Origin: Lytechinus pictus
Taxonomy: Eukaryota
Reading direction: 5' to 3'
Assembly: GCF_037042905.1 (NCBI RefSeq)
Contig: NC_087245.1
Location: 41,728,001 to 41,792,000, forward strand
DNA length: 64,000 nt
The notes under the pieces were generated by a model, which worked only from the letters and a program-made list of their open reading frames with translations, made no database searches and had not been told where the DNA came from. The translations under genes were made by a program, and so were the position numbers. Below, one piece after another: positions 1 to 12,100 of the stretch (the stretch's first letter is position 1; each line of letters starts with the position of its first letter).

Positions 1-1351
1 CTAAATACAATATCCATGATTCGATCTAGTATAACTTGCGTAAGCCCTCAAATCTTTGTTATTGTGAAAGCACGTGTATGTACATGTTGTTTTCTCCCTT
101 TTATCTTTTTTATTAAAAGATAAGCAATTCAGGCGAGGACATTCAGGAGGCCATGGACCCTCGAATTTTCACGACTAAGAAGACAAATCAGCAACAACAA
201 AAAAAGAAAAAATGTAAAATAAAGATACTATTTTCTAAATTTCATATTAAAATCTACATATTGAAAAAGAAAGATTTTGTATTGAAATTTATTTCTGTTC
301 GTTGGCTTCACTCACTCGCATTTTTTAAAAAATATTAATTTTGCCCCACACGCCATGTATGGCCCATAAAGTTTGTTTGTCTCATTACGGTACTGCCCCA
401 CCCCGGTTGTGATATGTGATAATACTTGACCTGTAATAACTCCCCCCCCCCCATTTTTCATTCTATTTTAGTTTTAAAATTGTTTGTCTCATCAAAGAGG
501 TATAAATCGCAACAGTACAAATCAGTGGTGTTAAGAGCAACAAAAAAAGAACGGGGGGGGGGGGGGGTAACATGGTTACTGTGACAATATTTTTTTAACA
601 TGCGAAGTGAGCGAGCTTAAATTGTGATCGTTTTAAAATGAGAATCTCATTTGGGAAAAGACTTTGGCATTAAATGCAAAAAATAATATCACATCTTATT
701 TATTTCCTTTCTCCTTTTTTCCCTTGGTTATGGAACGTTTTTTTTTTTTTTTTTTTTTTTTGGGGGGGGGGGGGGAATCCCCAAGACCCCCTATAAGCCA
801 GTGGTACCAATTTTAATGCAACTTTTACGATTACGTCACGACGTTTGGCCGGAGGGGGGGGGGTAGGTAATCTAAAGGGGGGTTAGTAATTGGTTTATCG
901 CACCCCCCCCCTCCCCGTCACCTATCCCTACACCTTTCTCTAATTGTTGAGGAGTATGGTTGGTTCAATGCCAAGATGGTATTATCAATTGATCAGCGAC
1001 AGCTACATTGTCATGATAACTTCCTCTCCTTCAGAAGTTATGGGGGCCCTGGCCGGTGGCACCTATCAAGGAGCCAACGTCCGTTTCCGCAGCTAGGCTG
1101 CCCATCTATCCTTGAGGAATCTTATTACGTAACATTTTGTTGTGGATTGACCAATCTGAACAACAAAATGAATTCATGAATATTCTGAAGTACGGTAGGA
1201 GAAGGAAGAGGGATTACGATGCCGCCCCCGAGACCCCCTTTTTTTGTAATTTTTGTTTTGGAGGAGAAAGGAGAACCCCCTCACTCCCTTCCCTCTGGTC
1301 AAACCTTGATCCGCCCTTGTTCCCAAAGTTGTAAAAAATTGTAATGATTAA

Positions 1352-1728
1352 AGGTATTGTTTAACTTTGTGAGCAGCCGATTTAAACAATTATCAAACCA
1401 AGATGAAACATGTGTACAAGTATATGTATTAGAACTAATAAACCCTGAAAACAACCATTATTGAGAATGAAAAGCTAAAACTACAAGGCAAACCCCGAAT
1501 TTGTAAATAGGCGTCTTATAGACGCCTAAATAGTACACATAAGTGTATGGGATGAAATTAAGATGGTGTTTTCGGTCACTTTATATTTCAATTTTTGAAG
1601 CACTTAATAATTATTTTCGAACGCAATTTTTTCTGGGCTTCATTTTTGTAACATATCACAGACACAGGTGACAAGTGTGACCTTCTAGCTCAGATTTTTT
1701 TAAAGTCAACCAATGTTAACCAATCACT
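1352..1728. mobile_element. Non-autonomous DNA transposon, Kolobok-like (TTAA TSD)
   Basis: TTAA at 1348-1351 and 1729-1732; imperfect TIR aggtattgtttaactttg / caatgttaaccaatcact. Confidence 0.6.
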
Positions 1729-2488
1729 TTAAGCAAGATTCATTATTTTTCATGAATTTTGTTAATGAGACTCAACTGAAAGTTGAAAGATAGCACTTGT
1801 ATGATATTCTGTTGCAGGGGACGATACAAAATTATAAACTATCACCTTTTCAGGTATTTTTTTTCTTCAATGGAACGTGGAATTGACATGATTAAAGTGG
1901 TTTTGAAAAAGAAATGACTTCACCCTGAAATCGTCCTGCCCCTGTATCAAAATATCACTATGACGCCGCCCCTCTTTCAAGATTTGTCTATAGTTTTTTT
2001 TTGTTTTTTTTGTTTAATGAATTATTTTTATTAATTATTTTTTGCACCTAATTTATTTGATTCCATATAGTGTTGTATTCTTCTTCCATAGTCATTAAAT
2101 GAATTTGTCAGTTTCACATACCTTTTTTATTTTGATTTCTTCCTGAGTGCTTTGTCATCCATGAACAGCGTCATAGTTTTCATGCGTGAATGAGTAATAA
2201 CACATAGGTTACCATAACAAAGATCTTCAGTCAGATGGGGAAGTATTTCAAGAAGACCTTGGTTATGTGTGCCATGTTGCTCATTCGTCACAAAATGGTT
2301 CCGCTTTAGATTAAGCAGGATATCGGGGGATACTCGAATCGGAAGCCCGGATCGGAAGCTGTCGGTTAACTTCGGAATCTATGTATCATATTTCATCCAT
2401 TCAGCTTTCGAAAGGATGGGTGAGGCCCCAATATTTCTGGGCGGTCTCCTTCGAAATATGATTCTAATTCCACCCTTCCTCTTGTATT

Positions 2489-2760
2489 CAGTGGCGTAAT
2501 GAGCCAGAAATTCTTAGGAGGCCCGACATGTGGCATATGGGGCAACATTTTTTTAATACAAGCTGCGAGCGAAGCAAGCAAGCAAAAATTCAAACCTATC
2601 TATAATTCAACAATTTTGTGATAGATTTTGACATGATTATTCCGAAAATTACGTATTTCACCTCTTTCCCTTTCAGTTTCTTTTCTTTTCTCCCTTTTTT
2701 TTCTTTGTCGAGAAGATTTAGGGAGGTCAATGACCTCCGATCCTCATCTGTACGACATTG
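2489..2760. mobile_element. hAT-like MITE (cagtggcgtaatgagcca family)
   Basis: TIR cagtggcgta / tacgacattg; 8-bp TSD cttgtatt / attgtatt. Related copies or fragments near 130-395, 7360-7620, 21840-22100, 24780-25028, 61730-62563 and 62918-63167. Confidence 0.65.
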
Positions 2761-4269
2761 ATTGTATTATTGCATGGCGGGTCCTACCATCCATGGTCCT
2801 ACTGGGATCATGCATGGAGCGGATCCGTGGTTTATACACAGCGGGAGAAACCTGTGTGAGGTTGTCTGGCAATGCCCACTCTCACTAACTGGGACAACAT
2901 AACATGATAACATAACAGAAAATCAAGTATAGATCACTATGAAGTATAATGGGGAAAAAACAAATAATCAAGAAGTCACAAAGCGCATGCACATTTTCAT
3001 TTTTTACGTATTTTGCAATCTGATGCATGTGTGATATATACATATTTTATAGGCCTAGGCCCTAGCTGTATTTTTCTAGCACTGTCTTCCATAAAATTCA
3101 TTTTAACATAGCATTGAAACATTCCGGGGGAGGGGTCTACTCTTTCTTCTATAAATATTAATGAGATAGCCAATATGATGGGGGGAGAACTCTATCTACC
3201 TTTTTATTTAGAATGCCTGTTGTATTCCTTTGTTTTTCAAGGTTCACGGAGATACTGCCATCTCAATACATGGTATCATGATCTAAACTTTTGCGCTGTA
3301 AAATAGTCTTGAAAGGATACTTTCTATTAAAATGTAACTATCAAAATACACTCTGAAGTTTAGGATAAGTTATAATGGCTTTTGGTTCTTCTTTGGAAAA
3401 TGAGATTTTTCCGGTGCAATTGGTTATCCCTTTGCAAAAAAAACCCCCGGTATGAATGTAAACTTGTAAAGAGTGCAAAAAGAGAAATATAAATTATGAT
3501 CATGCTTTTGACATTTCTGCCAACTCTGAAAGCCAAGAAAAAATGAATGAATTCCTAAGAAATTTCCAGAAATAGGAACATTCTTAAGCTTCCTTTTCAA
3601 CACTGCATATATTTTTCTTCACAAAAATAGGAAATCACAGGTTAAAATGCCAATTTGCCTTTAAAGATGAATATTCTCCAGTTATTCAATAAAGCTGTGG
3701 CATATTGGATTTTACAACCTATTCAATTCAACTGCTCAATTTTCCTAGTCACAAGGGACACGAACTTGAAATAAAAACTAGGGAGAGTTCGGTCGCCTTC
3801 GTGTGAACAGATTAGTGTGGAAACAAAGAAGGGAATAGAGTAATACAACGATAAATTATGTCGGGTATTCTTGATTTATGTCTCATTATTCCCGCCCAAA
3901 ATGTCCATTAGCAAGGGCCTCACTTTATGAAGAAAGCACGCTTCGGATAAACAGCATAGTGAAACACCCCCCCCCCCCCCCAAAAAAAAAGGAGAGAAAA
4001 AAATCGTGCAAAATTCACTTTTTTGTGATGCAATGGGCGAAAATATATACAAAAAGTTGAAGTTTCCACCATAAATTTTGAAAACTTAGGTCTACATTTT
4101 CTTACTTAAAATTTTCACAAAATTTTCACGCGTATAGTCTTTCAATTTCACTTCGGCAAAAGCAAAAGCGCGCCCGTGACAAACTCGGTCGCTTCTCTCC
4201 CCCCTCTCTCTCGCTTTCGAGTGTCTTTATTTTATGCATCTTACCCCCCCCTCCATTTCGGAAAAAAAA

Positions 4270-4320
4270 ATCGAACCCACGTCCCTCTGACTGAAAGGCT
4301 AGAGCCAGAACCACTACACA
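4270..4320 (-). mobile_element. tRNA-derived SINE head fragment
   Basis: Reverse complement reads gtagtggttctggctctagcctttcagtcagagggacgtgggttcga, matching the heads of the SINEs at 10723 and 51403 (A/B boxes). Confidence 0.6.
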
Positions 4321-4342
4321 CACTTTCACGCTTCCACGTTAA

Positions 4343-4933
4343 AGGTCAAGTCCACCCTCACAAAAAGTTGATTTGAATAAAAATAGAAAAATCAAACTAG
4401 CAAAACGCTGAAAATTTTATCAAAATCGGAAGTAAAATAAGAAAGTTATGATACTTAAAAGTTTTTCTTATTTTTCACAAAACAGCGATATGCACAACTC
4501 AAATGAGACAGTCGATGATGCCCCTCACTCACTATTTCTTTTGTTCATTTATTGTTTGAATTATACAATATTTCATTTTTTATAGATTTTACAATAAAGA
4601 ATAACTTGACCGAATCATCTAGTAGTAAACAATGCTCATTCCACTTCAGGGAGGAACTAATCGTTGTTTCACTTGAAAATGAGGAGAAAAATAGAATATT
4701 CCATGTTTCATATAACAAAATACAAAAGAAATAGTGAGTGGGTGACGTCATCAGTCTCCTCATTTGCATAACCACCAGGATGTGCATATAACTGTTTTGT
4801 GAAATTAAGCAAAACTTTAACATGTCATAACTTTCTAATTTTACATCCGATTTTGATGAAATTTTCAGTGTTATTCTTGTTGGATTTTTCTCTTTTTATT
4901 CAAATCTAAGTTTCGTTGGGGTGGACTTGTCCT
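4343..4933. mobile_element. Kolobok-like MITE family A
   Basis: TTAA TSD; TIR aggtcaagtccaccc / gggtggacttgtcct; largely palindromic interior; homologous to 33858-34429 and 53957-54517. Confidence 0.85.
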
Positions 4934-7900
4934 TTAATGATGCCTGTATCCAATATAGACTGTGTGCCCTATATATATCTCAGGACTTGAAAATGTCAAA
5001 TCGTGGCTGCCTTAATCGCGGACAGGAGGGCGGATATGAAAGTGAACAAGACCATGAAGATGGGTTGACCTTGGAGCAATGGGTTGACCTTACAAACAAG
5101 CTATGTTGATGGGTCCATTACTCAATACAACAACATCTCAACTTGGCCGACCCCAAGCTCATCGGTCGGTATCCGAGCTCTGATCAGTATCTGACCAAAG
5201 ACATGATATATGTAGGCCATCAACCAGCAACGTCCCCGCATCAACAAAGAGAAGCGTCACAGACTGTCATATAAATTTGCCAAGTGCGCCAGAGTGGTTT
5301 CATACAGGGATAAAAAGATGATGGGAGGAAATGGGGGGGGGGGGGGATATAGGCCTATGTATAATGTCAAGGGCGATCTGGGGGCGCTGCTGCTTCTCGA
5401 GACCATAATAGACCAGTTCGAAATTACATCATCATGATCATGGACAATTTTGGTCAAATGACCTTTCATTTCTTTCATTATGATTTCACAGAAAGATATA
5501 ACATATGCATGCCTTACATAGCAGGATGAAGAAATTGAATCGGAATTATACCAAGTGACTAGAATAGCACACCAATGAACACTCCATGAAGGTATTTGTT
5601 GCATTTCTACTTTGAATGCATATTATAGCATGCTGTACAATGTACTTGGCAAACTGTGACATACCAGTCGTTCGTGGACGCATTTTTGTTCTTTGTGGAT
5701 GTAAATGAAAAACACAATTCGAAAGAATACATGAATAATCAAGATACCAAAGTTGGTGCTTATCTCATTAAATTTTAAACCACCATGTCACTTTAGTACC
5801 AATGACCTTTCTCTGGTCATGCGCAGAATCTTCTGATCATGCGCAGAATGGAACTACGAACTAGCTTATAGAAATATTTCTTTTACGAGGATATGTATTA
5901 GTAGTGTATGCATGATTGATGACATTGAATATAAATTGTACATAAGTTGTAATGAAAATCACATTGGCCACCCTAGAAAATGGATTGGTACATATAGTAA
6001 ATATGCATCTTTTCGTCCCATCAATGTCCATCGTTACAAACGTCTTGAAATGAATAAGATGATGCAGTGCAGTCTACAATTACTGTATTTTTTATTTGAT
6101 TTGAATATTACAGGTGGGTTAACTTTTTATTGGATGTCATCAATTTTTAAAGCATTATAATAGAAAAGGTACCAATACAGACAATACTATACTTCATTAG
6201 TGGGCAGTGGCTACTCATCACACAAATTTGAAGCAAGCTGAATAAAATAATATACAATATTTTATAGAAAATCCTTCCAGCCTACATTTTGAAACTTATT
6301 TTTTTCACTTTAAAAGTGCAAGATTGCAATGCCTGCAAAGCGTTTATTGCAGCTCTGTTAATGGCTCTGAATTAAATTAAAAAAAGGAAATCATGGTTCA
6401 TTACTTCCTCTACACAAGGCATCAACACTCTTGATAGGCGTTTGAAAGCTCGATCCAACACTGGCTGATTGCCTTTATCCTCGAGTGACCCTCTAATGTA
6501 TTTCCCAGTTTTTCAATGTCAATATAATCACATAAAGTCATCATAAAACTTGAACGCTGGAGAAACAACAAGACTATACTTTTGAATTACATCTGCGGTA
6601 GATTTCCCTGACCCTGTCAATCAACGAAAACTCCTTAGTTGTATCATTTACACATTATTTCTGTTATACCTTTGGTAACAAACTCCCTGATAATGTTAGA
6701 CATATCCAAAACTTCTTAACGTTTATTTTACGTTGCTTCAAAATGATTAAATTAATTTTTAAAAACCCTCAAAATATTTAAGGTTATTCGTCATTTTGAT
6801 TAAAAATCTCATTTCAAATCAAGGCGGTTTATTTATGTAAAAAAATCAACAACAAAACTTCACTCGCGGTATGAATTACAAAAGTTTTGAAATGAAATGC
6901 ATTTGAATTTCAGTATCATAATCTGTTAAAAATCTTTCGAAGTACGAATCCTTGTTCTAGACCAGAGAGATCGTTGTACCTTGGCAATAATGATGCAAGA
7001 CAAGGCCACGAGTATTGTTCGTACGTATTGCCGCCAATTTCATGTTAAATTCTAGCCCTTCGTGCGACCTTAACCTTCCAACAAGTGTTCCTTCCCTGAA
7101 ATTTACGAGCTCTATGCCTGAAATAGATATTTCATTATGAGAAATGAAATATTAAAGGTTCTTGTAATGTGTTATTTACTCTATCATGACCACGATGATG
7201 ACAGAAGTATTAAGACGGCGCGTGTTGTAATAGGTCCATGGTATGACTGATGATGGAATTTATGTAAAGTTGAAGTATCGTTGCAATAAATACTCATGAT
7301 ACAAATGGGCTGATGAAATCTGTGATGCTCTTTCGATTCATCACATCACGGGTGTACATCATATACAGAGGGTTAGGGTGGCTTGGGGCGCCATGGACCC
7401 CCAGTATTTTCCTGACCAAGAAAAAAAGGGAGAAAAGGAAAGAAAAGGAAAGGAAAATGGGTGAAATATTATATTGTTTTCAGAATAATATGTCAAATTC
7501 AATAACTAAATTAGATTTTTGTATTGAAACACTCAAATGATTTTGTGCCCGCTCGCTTTTTTGAAATTTTTCCAAACACGTCATGTATGGCTCCTCAATT
7601 TTTTTTCTCATGACAGTAAATGCATCACAGCGTCCATATAGCAAGTCCATATTTTCTTGTTTATATCGAATACGATCATCTTTGATATATGCATGATTAT
7701 TGATATAGTTCCAGGGGCGACGTCATGGTATTTATGTTTATTCCCGGGGGGGGGGGAGCCAAGACGTCCGTTCTGCCTGTTTTTTCTTGATTAAATTACA
7801 GGGGTAAATAAACGTTACACGAGTTTTACCTCTCCTTTTGTGCCCATCTTTCTTTTCTGTTCCCATTTCTTCTAATTATTTGTCTTCTTTCTCACTCTTC

Positions 7901-8459
7901 CCCCTGTTTTTTTTCTTCAAAATTTTTGAAAATCATAGGGGTGACGTCACCCCTTCCCCTTAGCACCGTCCTGTTTCGTTCCATCATAGTGAAGTACTTG
8001 ATCAAAAAAAGAAGAAAAATTGAAATAATATGAGAAATTCGAGGCAATGCTGAATTATAACGGAGCTTATCGGATTTGCCAGATGCCTTGTTGAAATATG
8101 CCTGGACAATCCGGACTCCATGGCAACTGTTCAAAAAACAAAGTGATAAAACATGAATTCGACTGAGTTTATGCTTCAAATCGATGCACCATTTACCATT
8201 ATTTGTATTTTTTGTGTAGAATATCTGGCAGATTTTCATGCATCTGTTGAAATGTTTGACGCTTCGAAGCTCGAACGTCGATAATTTCTTGATAGATGCA
8301 ATTAAAAGGAACTGTCGTGTTTTAGAGTAGTAGCTCATGGGTTGGCTGATAAAGTCATCGAGTTGAATAGTCCTAACAGCTGTATACATCCGATATAAAC
8401 ATGACACGGACAAACGAAAATGGTCGAAAACATACCCTTTGTATATTGGTTGGATGATT

Positions 8460-8640
8460 TTGTTTATCTATCTATTCATTCATTTATTTATTTATTTATT
8501 TGATTATTTATTTATTTATTTATTTATTCATTCATTTAGTTATTTATATCATTCATTTATGCATTTATTTATTAGTTAATTTATTTATGTATGTGTTTAT
8601 TCATTTGTTTATTCTTTCATTCAATCATTCATTCATTGCT
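8460..8640. repeat. (ATTT/ATTC)n degenerate microsatellite
   Basis: Direct reading. Confidence 0.9.
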
Positions 8641-8834
8641 TATTTTCCCTTTTTTAATACTTTCTTTTTTTTGGAATTATTTGGATTTCAAATCTAATTC
8701 CATCAGTTGGCAGTACAGCACACCAAGAGCGTGCACAGTTTACATTTTTCGCTATTTTCGATTTTCAGCAAATATTTTCTTTGTGATTAATTCAACAATA
8801 ATATTTCAAAATTCTTGTCTTCTCTCGTGTACAG

Positions 8835-9152
8835 GTATTCAACAACCCAAAGGGCTATCTGTTCGTTCTCTGTTTCCTGGGCCTCCTCCAGAACATGACG
8901 GTCCTCGGCTACCTCCCCGTCGTCATCACCACCCTCGAGCGACGGTTCCGACTGACCAGCGTCCAGACCGGCTTCATCGTCATCGCCTACGACATCAGCA
9001 ACCTGATCGTCTGCGCGTTCGTCAGCTACTTCGGCGAGCGCGGCCGCAAACCGGTCTGGGTGGGGCTGGCGTCCATGTTGTACAGCGTCGGGTCCGTCAT
9101 CTTCGCCCTCCCGCACTTCCTGGCAGGGGAGTACGAATACGGCATTATGCAG
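8835..9152 (+). CDS. SLCO4A1-like: SLCO exon A (TM1-TM3)
   Basis: Acceptor tgtacag|; VFNNPKGYLFVLCFLGLLQNMTVLGYLPVVITTLERRF...VSYFGERGRKPVWVG...ALPHFLAGEYEYGIMQ; donor cag|gtgagt; 318 nt, phase 0/0. Confidence 0.93.
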
Positions 9153-12100
9153 GTGAGTCATGTTAGCGATGATTTATTGTTCAGCAGTAAAAACCATGAA
9201 TGTAAATACCGGCTTTTATGAATTCAGTACACTTTTTTTTTTATTAGTATTTAAATATCAAGTGGGATCAAATACGAGCGCAGATGGGTAACCAGATGGA
9301 GTCGTCTCCTTAATCTCTCACTAATTTTTTGTTATTTTAAAGAGACAATTGACCCTGATAAAAATTTGCTTTTAAGATAATGCAGAAAACATCACAAATA
9401 TTAGAGAAGCTTTGATCGAATTTCGTTAACGAATAACGAGGTTTATATGATTTTTTGAAATTTCAATTTGACGACATAACTGACGAGCAGCCCTTGTGTG
9501 ATAATTAAAACTCCCCAAAATGCAATTCCCTCAAAAATTTGAAAGGGATTTTATTCATTTGCGAAGTGGATATATCGTCAGACGCATCATTCCATATCTC
9601 TTCCATATTAACTTATGTTTCTATTCATCATATTCCTTTAAAAATTGGAATTTATGGAATTTGCATTACATGCTATACAGGGATATTGGTACGTATATGA
9701 CCGGATGACAACGTCTAAGGGACTGTAAATTTGGCATTCTTGACCATCATAGGTTGGCCTACAGAGACATATTTAGAATACGCCCCTCTCCCCTTCGTAT
9801 GACGGAAGGACATTTTCCCTGTGTATGACCATGGACCTATGACTCTTGTCCCCGAGTAACCATGCAGTCCATTTCGTTTGGGTTATGTACTTGGCCTGAA
9901 ACGAGGATACCCCCCAAAAAAAAAATTAAATAAATAGATAAGACATAAGTAGATAACTAAATGAATAGATAAATGAATAAATAAATAAATAACCCTTGAG
10001 CTGAAGGGTTTGAGATCGAACAGACAAACCTTTAGATCACTAGACCGAAAATTTACAGTCTAGCCAACCATTTTTTTCTTGGGTAACACCGGGAACTCCC
10101 TCTTCTGGACTTCCTGCCAGCCTGACAGATTTTGTATAGCCGCCGCGCCCCTCAACAATCAATCCTCCCCATCCAATATTTGGCAGTGAACTTCTAACAT
10201 TCGTGCTCTTTCTAAATAGATCAAAATCACAAAATCATAAATAAAGTGCATTTTGAAAACTTGCCATCTGGCCCATCGCATTTGTGTGATGAATTCATTA
10301 AAATGTTCAATCCAATAAATGCTTTTTCAGCTGATGCCAGCATAGATTGTCAGTTGTTGTTAAGACAAAAATCAGTAAGCAGACGGCAGCGATAAAAGTA
10401 TGCCTTATATAAATTCTGGGATATACTCATTTTCTCTCTCAATTTCGTGATACTCAGAAATACGAAACGTGTCGGAAAACCCTACTGTAATGGTAATGTC
10501 TTAAGTATTCGAAATGCGTGTAATAAAGGATGATAAAGGTAATGACATGACGCATACCGTTCAAAATTTAATATATTATTTTTCAAAGCGCGCCAAATAA
10601 ACTTTGATTACCCCGGAGATTTGCCCTATCCGCAGCATAAAGGTAAAGTTAAAGCCTGTCTTGGGTTGATAATGACATTCGCGCAGTCTCAGTTTCATTC
10701 AATTTAATTATTGTAGGTAATATGGGGGTAGCGCGGTCTAGTGGTTAAAAACTCCCGTCTTTCAATCCGAGGGACGTGGGTTCGATTCCAAGCTATGGCG
10801 CGTTTTCCTTCAGCAAGAAATTTACCTAGGTGATGTAAATATGTTACCGGCAGGAAGTAATTCCTCAAAAAGCTGTGAGCACCGGATTCTAGACCAGGGG
10901 TTAATATAGGAGCTCCTTGAGCACCTAGCAAGATGGATACAGTCATGTGCTATACATTATTTTTTTTAATTATTATTAATTTTGTATATTCAGTTCGATA
11001 AGTGGACGTTCTGGGGGCCCGTAGCACGAATATCATTCACCGTATTTTAACGATTGACGGCATGGACAGTTAATCTTGAAAATCAAGCGTACGATTAATC
11101 GCTAACATTGTATTACATCACCCTGATCTGAAAAAATATTTATGAAATTATATCGAATGTTCTGTCAAATCGTGGGTTTTCTCGGCTTCTCATTGCTCCG
11201 AACCTGGTGAAATATTTTTTTTTTTAGATTTGATAATTGAAGTTCCCCTTTTATTTTATTACTAATTAAGCCGTCGCTAAAGCTGTACCCACAATAAAGG
11301 AGTAAATTTTATCCTTCTTTTAATTGAGTTACAGAAATATTGTGAAATTTCATCAAAATTGATAAAGAATTCGCGACACAATTTACTGCTTTAGCATGCA
11401 GTCGCACATACAATGCCGACTTCAAATCAAATGGTCATTTGATCTAATGCTATATTCTTCCAATTATCAACTCGTATATTATCATTTCGTCTACCATCAG
11501 TTCGTCCACTATCAATATCGTTTTCCACTCACCACTTCGTCTAATAATCATTTGGTCCAATATCAATTTAGTTCACCCATGCGAAATGAATTAAAACAGG
11601 AAATTAGACAAATTGGTTATGAGACGAAAGAGTCGTAGACGAACTAGTAATTATACGAAGTGATTATTCAGTGGACCGAATGGTTGTTAGACAAAATGTT
11701 GATGGACGGAATGGCATAGACTAAATAAAATGTAGACCATGTGATGAGTGGACAAGTTGGCAGTGGACGAATTGGCAATTTACTGTTTCGCCGGCCACCC
11801 CCTTGGTGTAGTCTGCAGGCACAGACCCTTAATAGTTTTCACAATTCGCATAGTGCATAACGCAGAGTCTGAAGTGGTGAGACTGGATTCAATATGTACT
11901 GTGGCTGGCTCTACCAACAGACAGAGTCTTTGGAGTCTAGTCTTCACTCTAGACCTGTTATTGGTTGAATTGTCAAGTAAGAGTCTGTGTTGGCAGACTA
12001 CCGTTGATTTGACTGTGACAAAGCTGTCAGTAATGATATCATCACTATGTGATATTCATGTTGACTTTGAGATTGATCTCGTGTATCGCATCGTACCTTC

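Noticed and set aside
550..915. Poly-G/poly-C runs as G-quadruplex elements
   Set aside because: Such runs occur throughout the window, often within MITEs; nothing specific to this site.
7892..8413. 173-aa minus-strand ORF
   Set aside because: No motif, non-ATG start, composition like non-coding DNA; cannot be supported without a search.
8591..9166. 191-aa (+) and 124-aa (-) ORFs overlapping exon A
   Set aside because: Off-frame and antisense shadows of a GC-rich exon plus microsatellite.
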